Shown: positions 24,341 through 36,609, numbered from the stretch's first letter. The stretch: DNA of 44,431 nucleotides from Catajapyx aquilonaris (GCA_000934665.2 JYFJ02003261.1:1-44431), one strand, 5' to 3'. Numbers and translations are program-made. Notes: a model not told the origin generated them from the letters alone.

Positions 24341-25964
24341 TAGTCCAGGTGCTAAGGGACATTTGGACCAAACTTTGCATTTTGTGATAAAAGTATGAAA
24401 CTCGGTACCTCTTTCTCTGGACACTTCTGAGCATGTCTGGACGTGGGGCCACGATGACTCATCCCACTGGAGGTCAATTTAGCAGGGTTGCCATATTGAA
24501 CAGGTGTAATAACATACCTCTACAAGTCTACATGAATGGGGAGGTTGCATTCGGTTATAAAGACATTCGAAATAGATCACATTTGGTCTTTGGACTCTTC
24601 TGAGCATGTTCAGACGTGGAGCCACGATGACTGACCCCGTTGTGGGTCATCAGTTTCGCGGGGTTGCCAAATCCAGCAGACTATGCAACATACCTTTATA
24701 TTTACATAGCGAGCTTGTATTCGCGGTGATAAAGACACGAAATTCGCCAAAATTGGTCTTTGGACATTTCTGAACATAGCTGGACGTGGGGTCACGTTGA
24801 GCGACCCCGCTGGAGGTCACTATCACATGTTTGTTAATATCTAGCAGACTTGTGCAACGCGTGTTAATACTTGAATAGTGAGCTTGCATTCAGTGATAAA
24901 AACATGTAACTCGCTACAATTGGTCTTTGGACACCTCTGAACATGTTCAGATGTGGGGCCACGATGACCGACACCACTGGAGATCACTATCGCAGGATCG
25001 CCATATCCAACAGATTATACAACATACATTTCTATTGAATAGACAGCTTGGATTCGGTGATAAAGACGTGAAACTCGGTACACTAGATCTTTGGACACTT
25101 CTGAACATATCTGGGTGTTGTGCCACGACGAGAGACCCTGCTGGAGCTCCCTATTCAAATATAAACGCGTGCTTTACCGTTTGTTAAATATGGCAACCCC
25201 GCGATAATGATCTCCAGCGGGGCTCCACGTACAGATATGTTCAGAAGTGTCCAAAGATCAAGTGTACCTAGTTTCACGTCTTTATCACCGAATCCAAGCT
25301 CCCCAATCAAATATAAACGCATGTTGCACTCGTTAGATCTGGCAACTCCGTGACTGACCCACAGCGGGGTCGGTTATTGCAGGGAATTGCCGACCTATTC
25401 AGAAGGGCCTAAGACCAATTGTGGCGAATGTAATATTTTTATCACCAAAGGCAAGGTCCTTATTCATGTAAAGGTATGCTGCACATGTTGGATTTGGCAA
25501 CCTCCCGAAGGTGACCTCCAGCCTGGTCACCCATCCTGGTCCCACATCCAGATATGCTCATAGGTGTCCAAAGAACTAGTGTACCTGATTTCACGTCTTT
25601 GTCACCTAATGCAAGCTCCCTATTCTCATTGACTACGTATACAGGTATGTAGCGCTCGTTAGATCTGGCAACCCCGCTAATGACACACAGCGGGGCCAGT
25701 CATCGTCGCCCCAATTGCAGAGATGTTCAGGAGTGTCCAAATACCAATTGTGGCGAGTTTCGTGTGTTTGTCACCGAATGAAAGGTCCTAAAGGTATGCT
25801 GCACCTGGTAGATATGGCAACCCTGCAAAATTGACCCTCGACGGGGTGGGTCATCATGGCCCCACGTCCAGATATGTTCAGAAGACAGTGTCCAAAGAAC
25901 GAGTGTACCCAGTTTCATACTTTCATCACAAAATGAAAAGTTAAAACCTTTAGTACCCGGACTA
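24341..25964. mobile_element. Complete foldback-type element: two inverted arms, each ~5 copies of a ~165-bp repeat
   Basis: Termini are tagtccaggtgctaaggg and cctttagtacccggacta. Reverse-orientation units sit at ~24418, 24591, 24761, 24928 and 25092; forward units at ~25242, 25400, 25559, 25728 and 25878. Orientation flips near 25145. Confidence 0.88.
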
Positions 25965-26056
25965 TAATTATTTAATAATAATGCAATGTCCGAAATTTTT
26001 GAGACATCGCCATGACCCTTTTTTCCATTTGAATCCGCTGGAATAATTACTGAATA

Positions 26057-27253
26057 CGAGGTAGGCGCCAAAAGTTTCCGGCCTGACTATGTTCCAGGGG
26101 TGATAGAAATAAAACAACTATAGTGTCATGTAGTCTCAACTATGAGCGGAGGAATGTACAAGTTTCACTCGGAAACGTCAGTCAGTCTCTTAGAAAAGTC
26201 AACATTAGTCAGATGAGTTGCAACATGGTGAAAATCGAGTATCGAGAGTGATCAAGTTCCTCACCAAGGAAGGCCTTACTACCATCTCTATTGAACAAGG
26301 CTTGGAAGGCGTGTATGGTGAAGCTTCCTCTTCATATTCCACCATGAAGGAATGGGCTAAGAAGGATCGTTTGGGTTGGGAGGGCAACGAAGGCGAGCTA
26401 TGCGACTTTCGGCCCGTGGAGGTGCCGACAGCAGAGACCGTCTCTCTTGTGGAGGAGTAGGTGCTGCAAGCAGGCCCTTGAAGGTGAAGGAACTCTTAGC
26501 AAGGTTGGGGCTTTCAGACACCACCATTCCTCTCATTCTTCATGAACACCTTCACATGAAAAAGGTCAACACAAGATTGGTGCCTCGACTTGTGTCGCAA
26601 TTAAGAAGCAAAGGTGCGTAACCTGTTGCGAAACGTTTTCGGACCTTCGCCGTGGCAAACAGAAAGAAGTACTGGAGTCCATCGTCACAGGAGATGAAAC
26701 TATGGTCATGTGCTATGATCCTTTATCAAAAAGAGAATTAATGGATTGGCGTAGGGCGGGCGGAAAGCGACCGAGTGACCCGGTCGACCAAGACTGAGAC
26801 CATGGTGACGATTCTTTAGAATTCCAAAGGAATATCTTATTGATAGACTCCAAGGATTAAAACACGACTACGGGGAGTCCTACTCTGGCCTGCTGCACAG
26901 GTTTAGTGATGCCATGAAGAAGAGGAGATGTGGGAAGCTGAGTTGGGGTGTTCGCCAACTTCAGGATAAATTACCAGGTTACAGAACAATGTTTCCAAGG
27001 CTGCTGTTATCTAAACTCAAAAAAGAACTTCAAGGTACGATTAAAAAGGGATGAAGAGGTGTATATGAGGCAGTGTATGAGTATTTTGTAGACAAAACTT
27101 TGGACTATTTTTCCAGAGGTATTGAAATGATAATTATGAGATATAAGAAGTGCATTGATGTACTGTACAAGGAGACTATATTGAAAAATGACACTGTCGT
27201 TTTATTTCCATCACCCCTGGAACATAGTCATGCCGGAAACTTTTGGCGCCTAG
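26057..27253 (+). mobile_element. mariner transposon (irritans-like), decayed
   Basis: ~70-bp TIRs (taggcgccaaaagtttccggcctgactatgttccaggggtgat / atcacccctggaacatagtcatgccggaaacttttggcgccta), TA flanks, and a transposase relic inside. Confidence 0.93.
26225..27191 (+). pseudogene. mariner transposase pseudogene
   Basis: Across frames it reads MVKIEYR/VIKFL..., ILHEHLHMKKVNTRLVPRL (WVPR motif), IVTGDET at ~26682, FSRGIEM..RYKKCID and GDYIEK*. It has many stops and frameshifts, and the YSPDLAP region appears deleted near 27010. Confidence 0.9.
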
Positions 27254-29743
27254 TACAAATCAATATTAATACAGTATTCACTTTTTGTTTTTTAAAACCT
27301 GTATTATAATATTATCATAATTATGTTAAGCACCAGTAAATAATTTTAAATCTGCCCCGTTGCTATATTTATCATGTCTCCGTAATAGGGATCAGTATAA
27401 GGAAACTACATCGATGTATCTTTGATAAGCAGAGATGAAATTGTTATTTTTGCTTGAAATAAGCAACGTTCCGGCATTTGATGTCGCTAGTTTAATTTGT
27501 GCAATTAGTGTCAGAACCGGCATCTGTTGGAAAGTTACCAGTACCCACCGATGACATCTGGTAACTCTGTCGCCACAGCAGTGACCATATTTTCGGCACC
27601 ATATGGCAGATTACAGTGTGAAAACAGCTAAGCTCTCCAGGCACATTCCACACAGTGATGACACGCACAAAAACCAACCTCCCAGTCTGATGACGTATAT
27701 TGTCCCTGATAGTTAAAACTGTGAGTCTGGCTCGGATGCTTCTAATTTCCGGTTAATTTCCTCCCCCGCTGTTCGATTTGACAGATGGATGTCGAGGAAG
27801 CCAGACGTGGTTATATGTACCCAGCAAAGTGAGGAAAGATGAACAGTTGGCACAATATCTGCCATTTTTTTTGCGACAGACTTGGCAATTCATTTGCGGT
27901 CACGAAATTCGCATGTGGTGTACAGTACCGCGAAAAGCAGCGACAGGTCTTCCTCCTTATCTCCTACCCACCACGTTTTTTCTCATTCCCAATTAAAAGG
28001 ATTAGGAAGAGAGATGGTGGGTTCCGTCCTAGTTATTACCGGGGTAGGATTAAAGCTGGCTCAAGCTGTACGTCATGTCTTCTTTTCCGCGCCTCAAGAA
28101 GCACAAACAAGCCAGAGGAGAAAAAAAAAATACTCGAAAAACGTGCCATTTTTCTGCTTACGTGTTGTAATAAAGCTCAATTGCTGCTAAAAACACGTGA
28201 AATTAATGACAAGACTTATTACGCTACATGCCATGATTCCGAGGTCAAAATACTACAATGAGCTTTCTGTTTAGAGCCAGATCTGCCTTTAAATAAATAA
28301 ACAAACTTTCAGGTTGAATTCCTGCTTAAGGAGCACTTTGTTTAGAGGCGTCATTTTGGTCTCCGCCGCCTAAATAGACAGATAATATGCTACTTTTTAA
28401 CTTTAAGTAGTAAACTAGTACAGCGTACCCTACAAGATTTGCATCCGACCAGACAAGCGGGCGATTGGCACTACAATACGTGAGGAATCAGCAAATTAAT
28501 TCAACTCTTCGTGGCAACACGTGCACACTTTTAATGTATTGAAATCGCAGTAATTATATGCCACATTACTGTTAGATATAATTATGGTATGTACGCTTGC
28601 TGTACGGAGACTTATACCATTGATCTAAAATACTGCCATCAGACGTAACCGCCAAACCGCATAGGAAGTTGCCGCACTACCGCGAGAACACTGGCGAATA
28701 AAGGATTCCTGCTGAAATGGCCATCCAACATTGGGGGTTTCGCGCAGTGTACCGTACGGTACTCGTCTCGAATCACCGTGTTGTCCATAGAGATGAGCAC
28801 CACAGCCCCTTATCTCACTCTACGCTGTAATAAACTGTTGAATGTTGCTCCTCCGACATCGTTAGCAAGACTGAATACCGATGTGTTATTATCAGCCTAA
28901 GTAAAAACGATGCATGTGTGGGCCAGATAAGCACCGTCAAATACACACAACCTGATGAACACACCAGAAGTAGGTCATGATTGGGAAGAGGTTGTGTGTC
29001 CTTGTGTCACAGGTTGTATGGTTTCAAGGCGCAGAAACACCCGACTTATCGGATGCACTGCTTGTGCGGTGGAATGCAAACGTTCCTGAATATGCTGTAC
29101 TACATATTAAAATCCAATTATGTCTGTAACTAGGCTGCGCAGACCAAATGGCCCATAAATGCGAATTATGCTAAGGGTTACTTAATATCTAATATCTCAC
29201 ATATCTCGCTCCCGTTTCATGCAATTATACGGTAATTTAATTTCGTAGAACAAAAAAGCAGGCATTTGTTTTTTTTAAATGTACGCTTTCCAGCATTACC
29301 AACGCATAGCAGGATTAACTTGTCCAATATTAAATTATTTTGAAGTACAGTCGAGGGATTACGCTCGGTTCAGCAAATAAGTTATAGCAGACAAAACCCG
29401 AAGAGCCAACGTTATACGGGGACACGATCGACAAAATGTGATAACGATATTTTACAGATTTATTTGCAATCACGTCCACGTACGGTTGGCTTATCAGGTT
29501 TCATTATTCTGATTGAACATCTATAATATTAAAATCCTTCGTTGTAGGCTATGTGTAAGCCTTCTGATTGGCTCGTCGTATATTGTTACGCAACGCTTCC
29601 GATTGACCCCCTCACACAATGATATGACTAAACAATGTCCTTTCGTTGAGTGTTTACTCATCATATTGTTGAGGTAATTTCCATGGAAACTTGAAATGTG
29701 GGAGGTTTCATAAGTACATTCTACAGGTATGATGTAGTACTTT

Positions 29744-30142
29744 GACTAGACAGCCTTATAGAACAGAGTCGCCAACTTGTTATGTAAGGTAGTCTCTGAT
29801 TGGCTGGAGTATTTTTGGAGTGTTTGCGTGTCGTATGGGGGCGGCCATCTTGAATTGCTGTGGAAACGGTATTTCAAGACCGTGGAAAAGGTGGCTGGCT
29901 CTGACGTCACGATTGTAGTTCGAATGCCCTCGCACAATTTGGATGCAGCCAGAAGGCCTGAACTACAATGGTGACGTCAGAGCCAGCCACCGTTTCCACA
30001 GTCTTGTAATACAGTTTCCACAGCAATTCAAGATGGCCGCCCCCATACGACACGTAAACACTCCAATCCAAAAAGACTCCAACCAATCAGAGACGACCTT
30101 ACATAACAAGTTTGCGAGTGTCTTCTTTAATGCTCTATAGTC
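29744..30142. mobile_element. Hairpin (near fully palindromic) MITE, superfamily unassigned
   Basis: ~175-bp inverted arms (e.g. aacttgttatgtaaggt / accttacataacaagtt; gcggccatcttgaattgctgtggaaac / gtttccacagcaattcaagatggccgc) with a loop at ~29922-29959. Confidence 0.85.
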
Positions 30143-30949
30143 TATACCTATGACTAGCTGTAGAAGGGGGAAGCGATTAACAATACCGTAGGTCGCAGGC
30201 CTATAAAAAAGCGAGCGAAGCGAGGATTTTTCTAATTGTATTTTATATTTGGTCTGATAGCTAACAACAAGTTAAACGTTAACATCATGTTGTGCTGCTT
30301 CGGTATTAAGTACCGTTGTAACGTTTTTCAACATGTACTTGCTAATAATAATAATAATAATAATGTCCTTTGTGTAGTTACTTTTGAGAAATCAAGAACT
30401 GATTACATCAATAATACAGTATTTGTTAATAACAGCTTGTATAGTTCACAACTGCGATCATTCAAAATCATAGTCTACTGTGGAAAACATTTTAATTCAA
30501 ACCAGTTATCACCAACAACTTTTACTGGAGGCACAAATTCCATCACAAACTGTGGCTAATTATCCAATCACTTGTCAGGCTATAGGATACGGTGAGCTCC
30601 GAGGGTCCGTGATGTTAGGTCGGAGGTCACGAGAAAGTCAGAGATTACAATCTGGATATGACTGCTTAGCGAAACTTCATGAAATGAGCCAACAGACCGG
30701 ACTGGATTAGTTTGTCCAGCTGAGCTACCCAATATACGTGAACTATCGCTATTCCATTTAATATTTAAACGAGTTTATCTAGCTTGGATACCTGCCACGC
30801 GTAGGCTTACTTTAAAGGTAAAGTTAATTTGCGATTAGCCGGCCAAATTTATGGCAAACATCATAACATTTTACAGCAAAACTCAATTCAAAGGGAACCT
30901 CTTCGAGAACCTTTCGAGAACAAAATATATTACGTTTCCTTTCCAAATA

Positions 30950-31282
30950 CAGGGTGTCTCATCTTTTTTGTCCGAACAGTTATCGGAAAATTGCGCGTAG
31001 CTGATACTTTTTTAGCAGTGACTTGCAAACGGTGATTTTTCGGAGGAACGGGGAATATTCCCTGCGAATCGTAGGTTGAAATGGCATACGTGCTGCCCGC
31101 TGAAAATTGAGGGTCAAGCCTGGAAAAAAGAGGGTCACACATGCCATGGGATGTGTGACCCTATTTTTCCTTATTCCCCATTCCTCCGACAAATCACCGG
31201 TTGCAAGTCACTGCTTACAAAGTAGCAGCCACGTGCAATTTTCCGATATAAACTGTTCGGACAAAAGAGATGAGACACCCTG
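30950..31282 (+). mobile_element. Tc1/mariner-type MITE (copy 1), ~100-bp TIRs
   Basis: ta-cagggtgtctcatc...gatgagacaccctg-ta. Near-identical to 32600-32929. Confidence 0.92.
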
Positions 31283-31737
31283 TATATGAAGTAGGGTTTG
31301 CATTTATTTGGGCCAAAGGGTGTTTATAAATTATTCACTGGCATCTTTTTTTATGATGGTGCCTGATCAGGGCGAGGTGAATACACGCACTTGGCACAAG
31401 AACCCATGGAAATAAATTCATGTATTATTGTGTGACATATTCTGCCTCTTATTTTTCGCCCTACTTTATAAGTCTAGACTCAAGGTACTGTTGCAGATGT
31501 CTAATGCTACTTGTCAGAATAGGTCGCGAAGGCAGAATTCAGGAACCACAACACTTGTGCCGGCTTATCCCGGATCCCTGAGTGTATTACTGTACATGTA
31601 TTTGTGTGGCGTTGCAGTGGCCGCACCAATACTGTCCGCCTTGTGCACCGCACGCCTAGGAACGTTTTTGTGGTTTTGCCAATCTGAACTTCATACTGGC
31701 CCTGAGACCTGGCACAAGTGGTGTGGTTTCGAAATTA

Positions 31738-32436
31738 AGGGTGATCGAAAAAGAATGCGAGGATTTTAAAACCCTACCTCGAAAACTTGTAGACATATCT
31801 TAATGATTTAAGTTTTGAAATGCTAAGAATGTCTAAAGTTTTGGTCTAGCCATAGTTTGTTTTGACATAAGCTCCATTTGTCGCTCAGAAAAATGTAAAT
31901 ACAGTCATCAGTGTCGTGCTTATGAACTTGCTCAGATATGTCTGGATATTGGAATTACCTTTGCAGTCTTATTCCATAGGTATACTGGTGATGCGGAATC
32001 TTTTCACCATACATGCATTTCCACAAAAACAGTCAATCGGGGTAAGATCTGGGCTTCTGGGGGGCGGTAGGCATTATGAAACGTCCCATGCATGACTTCG
32101 CACACTGAAACTAAGGCATGTTTGTTTCATGGACGAGGCTGCTTTTTATTTGAATCGTCAAGTACAATGTGTGTCGTGTAAAGTTCCGAGATATCCAGCA
32201 CCTACGGGACAGGATTGCAACGGTAACCCCAGATATGATTGAGCAGGTTAGGCACGAGACCGAATGTATTTTTTAAATCTGCCAGGCGCCAAATGAAGCT
32301 CATATCGAAACAAACTAAGCTAAAGCTAAACATTTAGTCATTGATTAGCATTTCAAACCTTAAATTATTTAGATATGTCTACAAGTTTTCGAGTTATAGG
32401 GTTTCCAAATCCGCGCATTCTTTTTCGATCATCCTG
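31738..32436. mobile_element. rosa/DD41D-like Tc1/mariner derivative made of two inverted 3' ends
   Basis: ~90-bp TIRs agggtgatcgaaaaagaatgcg / cgcattctttttcgatcatcctg with TA flanks. The minus strand encodes PPRSPDLTPID (32032-32064) and ATNGAYVK. The plus strand at 32169-32318 encodes VCRVKFRDIQHLRDRIATVTPDMIEQVRHETECIF*ICQAPNEAHIETN*. Confidence 0.8.
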
Positions 32437-32599
32437 TATAGCCCTCGCGGCATCGCTATACTGTAGGCAAGAGGCATCTGTCGGTCCCGCGAGGATTTAC
32501 ACCCATTCCTTGGGTTAGAAATGAGGGAAATTCCATGTGAGCTCGGGCCAGGTGGGCTTAGTACTACACCCCCGTGATCAGCACTGCAGAAGCATTATA

Positions 32600-32929
32600 C
32601 AGGGTGTTTCAACTGTTTTGTCCGAACAGTTATCGGAAAATTGTACGTAGCTGCTACTTTGTAAGCAGTGACTTTCAAACGGTGATTTTTTGGAGGAACG
32701 GGGAATATTCCCTGCTAATCGTAGGTTGAAGTCGCATACGTGCTGCCCGCTGAAAATTGAGAGTCAAGCCTGGAAAAATGAGGGTCACACATGTCATGGG
32801 ATGTGTTACCGTCTTTTTCCCCATTCCCCACTCCTCTGACAAATCACCGGTTGCAAGTCACGGCTTACAAAGTAGCAGCTGCGTGCAATTCTCCGATAAC
32901 TGTTCGGACAAAAAAGTTGAAACACCCTG
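32600..32929 (+). mobile_element. Tc1/mariner-type MITE (copy 2)
   Basis: ta-cagggtgtttcaac...gttgaaacaccctg-ta. Same orientation as, and colinear with, 30950-31282. Confidence 0.92.
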
Positions 32930-33006
32930 TATGTAGAGGTGCCATTTGGTCTCCGAAATCTCGCTACTAAGTCAATATTAGCATTAATGAAGAGTGACAG
33001 TATGTA

Positions 33007-33320
33007 CAGGGTGTACAGGGTGCACTGCCCAAGTTCTCAGCGAACGAGGAGGATAGACGAATAAATATTTTTGAAGACCTCAGGGGGAAGAAGGATCAAG
33101 GTCCACTTTTGTCAAAAATGAGTTACATATCTCAGGAGATAGTTTCACTAGCCTAGAATGTGGTGATTTGGTCGTGGTTGTGGAGTAATATCATAGGTCA
33201 CAATGGAAGGCCCCAAAATTGAGATTTACAATAGAACCTTATGGCCCCTCGAAATGTGAAATTTGAATATCTCAGTTTCACCTCAGTTGGACCTTGATCG
33301 CTCTTCCCTCGAGGTTTTCA
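33007..33320. mobile_element. Degenerate CAGGGTG-ended MITE remnant
   Basis: tacagggtg is duplicated at 33005-33022. Inverted pair tgaagacctcagggggaagaaggatcaaggtcca (~33071-33104) / tggaccttgatcgctcttccctcgaggttttca (~33288-33320). The right end is unclear. Confidence 0.5.
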
Positions 33321-35757
33321 ATTATTATAATATGTGTTGATTATTATTCCGTATAAAGTATAAACGGACCAGTATTTTCCTACACCATGGTTGTTTCCCT
33401 CTGACAATTCCCTTGTCCCTCCACACTGCTCCAAACTGCCCTAATCATTCACTTTACTGTCCCCCATCAATCTGGACCTTACCAAGAATCCTCTCCCTCC
33501 ATAAACCTTTCCCAAGCTCAATTTGCACAAAAAATGGCTAACCCCCCCCCCCCCCCNNNCCCCCCCCCCCCCCCACCGTCCATCTTGTATCTCCTCTGTG
33601 ATTCCCTTTCTCCTGACCTTACACAAGACCGCTCTGTCTGACACTGTCCTTCCCTGTATCTATTGCGGTCTCTTCCCGTCCAACCCCCGCCCCCCTCTAG
33701 TTCTCTCCTTACGACTTGGGTTACGAGTGAAGCAATACATCATTCTTCTCTACTGTATAGACAAGTGACTTTCTCTCACCTCTCCTTATCCCTATGAAAA
33801 GCGCTCCTCCTGCCATTATACGAGTATCATTGTGTCACCAGAAACCACTTTTAATAGAAGCAACAGTCACGACAAACTATGGTGGTCCTAATATTGCTCC
33901 TTGCAATGGGCAGCTTTTCTTTAAACTGGATGATGGAGTAAACTTTCCACAACTTTTCCCACTCCCCTGCCACTTCCCTTTCTCTTTGCTCCAAATGAAA
34001 CTTCACATTTTCGTAAAACTAATCCGACTCGAACGTTACACAATGAAAATCACACAATACTTGACATTCTAGCAGCCCGGTACATATTCCTCGAAACATA
34101 TCCCATTATTTCCCTGCTTTTTTCGCTCAAATATTGCTTAAATATGAATAATTCTACGTGACTATCGCCATATTATGATCAAGGACTCAACAACTTCACC
34201 ATACCTCAATCAAAATCAGGAGGTATATTCAAGTGCCAATAGTCAAAATCAATATCGCGGCTTAATTTTTAATTCTTAACATTGTCCGCAAAAAACCCGC
34301 CTAGAGCGTCAGTTACACATACAAAAGGGCTGGCTTGAACTTTTCAGTACCGTGGGGGGGAGGGGGGGGGGGAACTTTGTGACCAATCAGTTTTCCAATT
34401 CTCGAGCCACTATTATTTTACGTTTTTAAATGAAACCAGTGTCAGCAGACGGCTGCGAATGTGGTGCCACCTATCAGACAGCTAAAATAATGTGGTTCTC
34501 AAATTTTAAAGCACAAAGCTGCTTATTATTTTTACTGTTACTTTGAGTGGTGCAGCTAATAGTAGGCCGAATTGTATCATCTATGCGAGTTTGTATTGCA
34601 ATGAATTTCCAATTAGGAATGGCACATTGGAACAATTTATTGACATCAAAATAATGTCAATGACAGAACCCTCAGTTGTAGCAAAGGGTGATTAAGAGTG
34701 TGTGGGAATCAGATAAGGCTGGGTATGGTCTCTGCCTTTCCGTTTAGTTTCTTATACAGTATATTTCTACGAGTAATGGCATAGCTGAAGGTGCTTTATG
34801 GCCGTTTTCACTCAAATTCTCACCACTAAAAGCTGCCAGATTACTTTCAGCAAGATAGCAAAAAAATATTTGGTCGAAATGTGTGGGTTAAGGTCTAATC
34901 CGAGAGTTCTTCCAGTGCAATATACAGACTCTGTGCAACTCTGTGACACCCAGAAAATCGGAGGTGGCGCCATTGGCGGCCACATACTTAAATTTTTGAG
35001 TGCTAGAGCCCCACAAGGCCGCTCTCTGGCCGTATACCAGCATGTAGTTCAAGCCGCTGAAAAAAAGCGAAATGTTGGCTCAAGAGTGCGATTTCTTAAA
35101 TATTACTGTGCCCCTTGACCTCCTGAAAACGACTCTTATGAAAGGAAAATATATTTGGAAGAGTGGGCATGTGCAAGGGGCGAAATAAGTGGCCCGTGAA
35201 ATTGCAGTACATCTCCAAACGCTGAAACGTTCCAAACCTACGGAAACCAATTTTTTGCACAATCTGGAGCAACGATATGAGTATTTACACATCAGTTCTG
35301 TATTCAACACATATTTTGGGGGAGATATGACAGCATAATAATCATTATGTCTCAGCATCACACTGCATGCGCCCTGTTGACTGTTTTCATAACATGAGAA
35401 CAATACAGATCAGTGAAATAGTTTCATTCATGCCAGATACAGGTTAGGGTCTGAACTGCAATGCTTGTTGTTGCATGCTTTTCTTCTCCATTTTCAGGAT
35501 GTGCTGACATTGCAGCATCGTCTTCACTTTCATAAGATAATCAATTAACAATCCAACATATTGCCTCCAAATATTTACAACATGATGCCCTATGTTTGCA
35601 CCATATGTGCCTATGTGGTGGTCAGTACTGTTATGGGCAGTGAGTTGGTACAGTACATTTACATAATTTATTGGAGGTTCAACATGTGCCTTTTAATGAG
35701 TTTATGATATGCAAAATAAGCATATACAGTATATAGCTTTCCCAAAAGTGCAATATT

Positions 35758-36122
35758 GCATTCACTTATCTGGGGGAGGGCTGCCCCGGGCCGGATCCTC
35801 CCCAAACTCAAGTCAAGGGAAAGGCAGGATTATCTTCACCCCTCCCCCCCCCCCCAAAAAAAAAAAAAAAAAATCCAGGGGCAGGCCTACCCCGGGTCTA
35901 GCCCTCCACAGATGGAGGAGCAAGTCGGCATTGCACGATCTCCGTGAATTTGGGTTGGCCTCTCTGCTCCTCCAATCTGAGGGGCTGGAACTGGGGCAGA
36001 CGGACCCCTGTGTTTTTTTTTTTTTTTGGGGGGGGGGTAAGATAATCCTGCCCTTCCCATTGACCTGCTGTCGGGGAGGATCCGACCCGGGGCAGCCCGC
36101 CCCTGGAGTGATTTGTGAGTGC
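35758..36122. mobile_element. GC-rich hairpin MITE-like element
   Basis: Inverted arms: gggctgccccggg.cggatcctccc / gggaggatcc.acccggggcagccc; ggcaggattatctt / aagataatcctgcc; CnAn / TnGn; cagatggaggagca / tgctcctccaatctg. No clear TSD. Confidence 0.75.
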
Positions 36123-36609
36123 TCATCAACACCACGCAACAATTCGTATTAGACTTTTTCCGAGCGTCGTTTCCTCATTGCCTGTCATGGCCAACAGTCA
36201 TTCCAGCACTCAAGAACTTACAACGCTGGCCACTAGGTGGAGATACCTCCGCGTTTTCTGGGTGTCAATAGTTCCCCTGCAACAATGCAATCAACTATAT
36301 ATTTTTTTCCAATGTGCCTTTCAGTTTTCTATTTGCTTGTTTTAAGCATTTTTTTTGAAGAATAATCTAAACTACTGTATGTTCACTAGTGCCTAGAACG
36401 AACTCGGTACCTCAGAGGTGATATGGCAAAACTATTACGACACGACGCGCCCTGATGATGTGTAATATCCCTTTTAATGATCCGACTTATCTCCTACGCT
36501 GCTTTCAAAAACCGGCACTTAATCTTTATCTTCGTTGATGAGTGTTTTTCCAATTTTGTCAAGTGCGTGACGGGTGCATTTGGTGGTTCTTCCTTCTTCA
36601 TTCACTTAT

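Noticed and set aside
24341..25964. Repeat arrays as a CRISPR-like locus
   Set aside because: The whole unit is repeated with no unique spacers, the context is eukaryotic, and there are no cas genes.
28040..28092. 53-nt phase 0/2 segment (ARKRRHDVQLEPALILPR) that would bridge the two Syt7 linker exons
   Set aside because: It requires a rare GAG acceptor and has no recognisable homology. Worth checking only if RNA-seq shows junctions.
28570..28910. Second solo LTR (starts tgttag, contains aataaa)
   Set aside because: No terminal CA with a matching TSD was found.
30205..30237. Helitron-like 3' end (gcgagcgaagcgagg...ctaa)
   Set aside because: No CTRR terminus with a clear hairpin, and no 5' end was identified.
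33840..33960. Cys-rich minus-strand peptide RTTIVCRDC resembling a piggyBac C-terminus
   Set aside because: Too short and interrupted by a stop.
35709..36152. Lys/Pro-rich ORFs on both strands
   Set aside because: They arise from homopolymers in the hairpin element.
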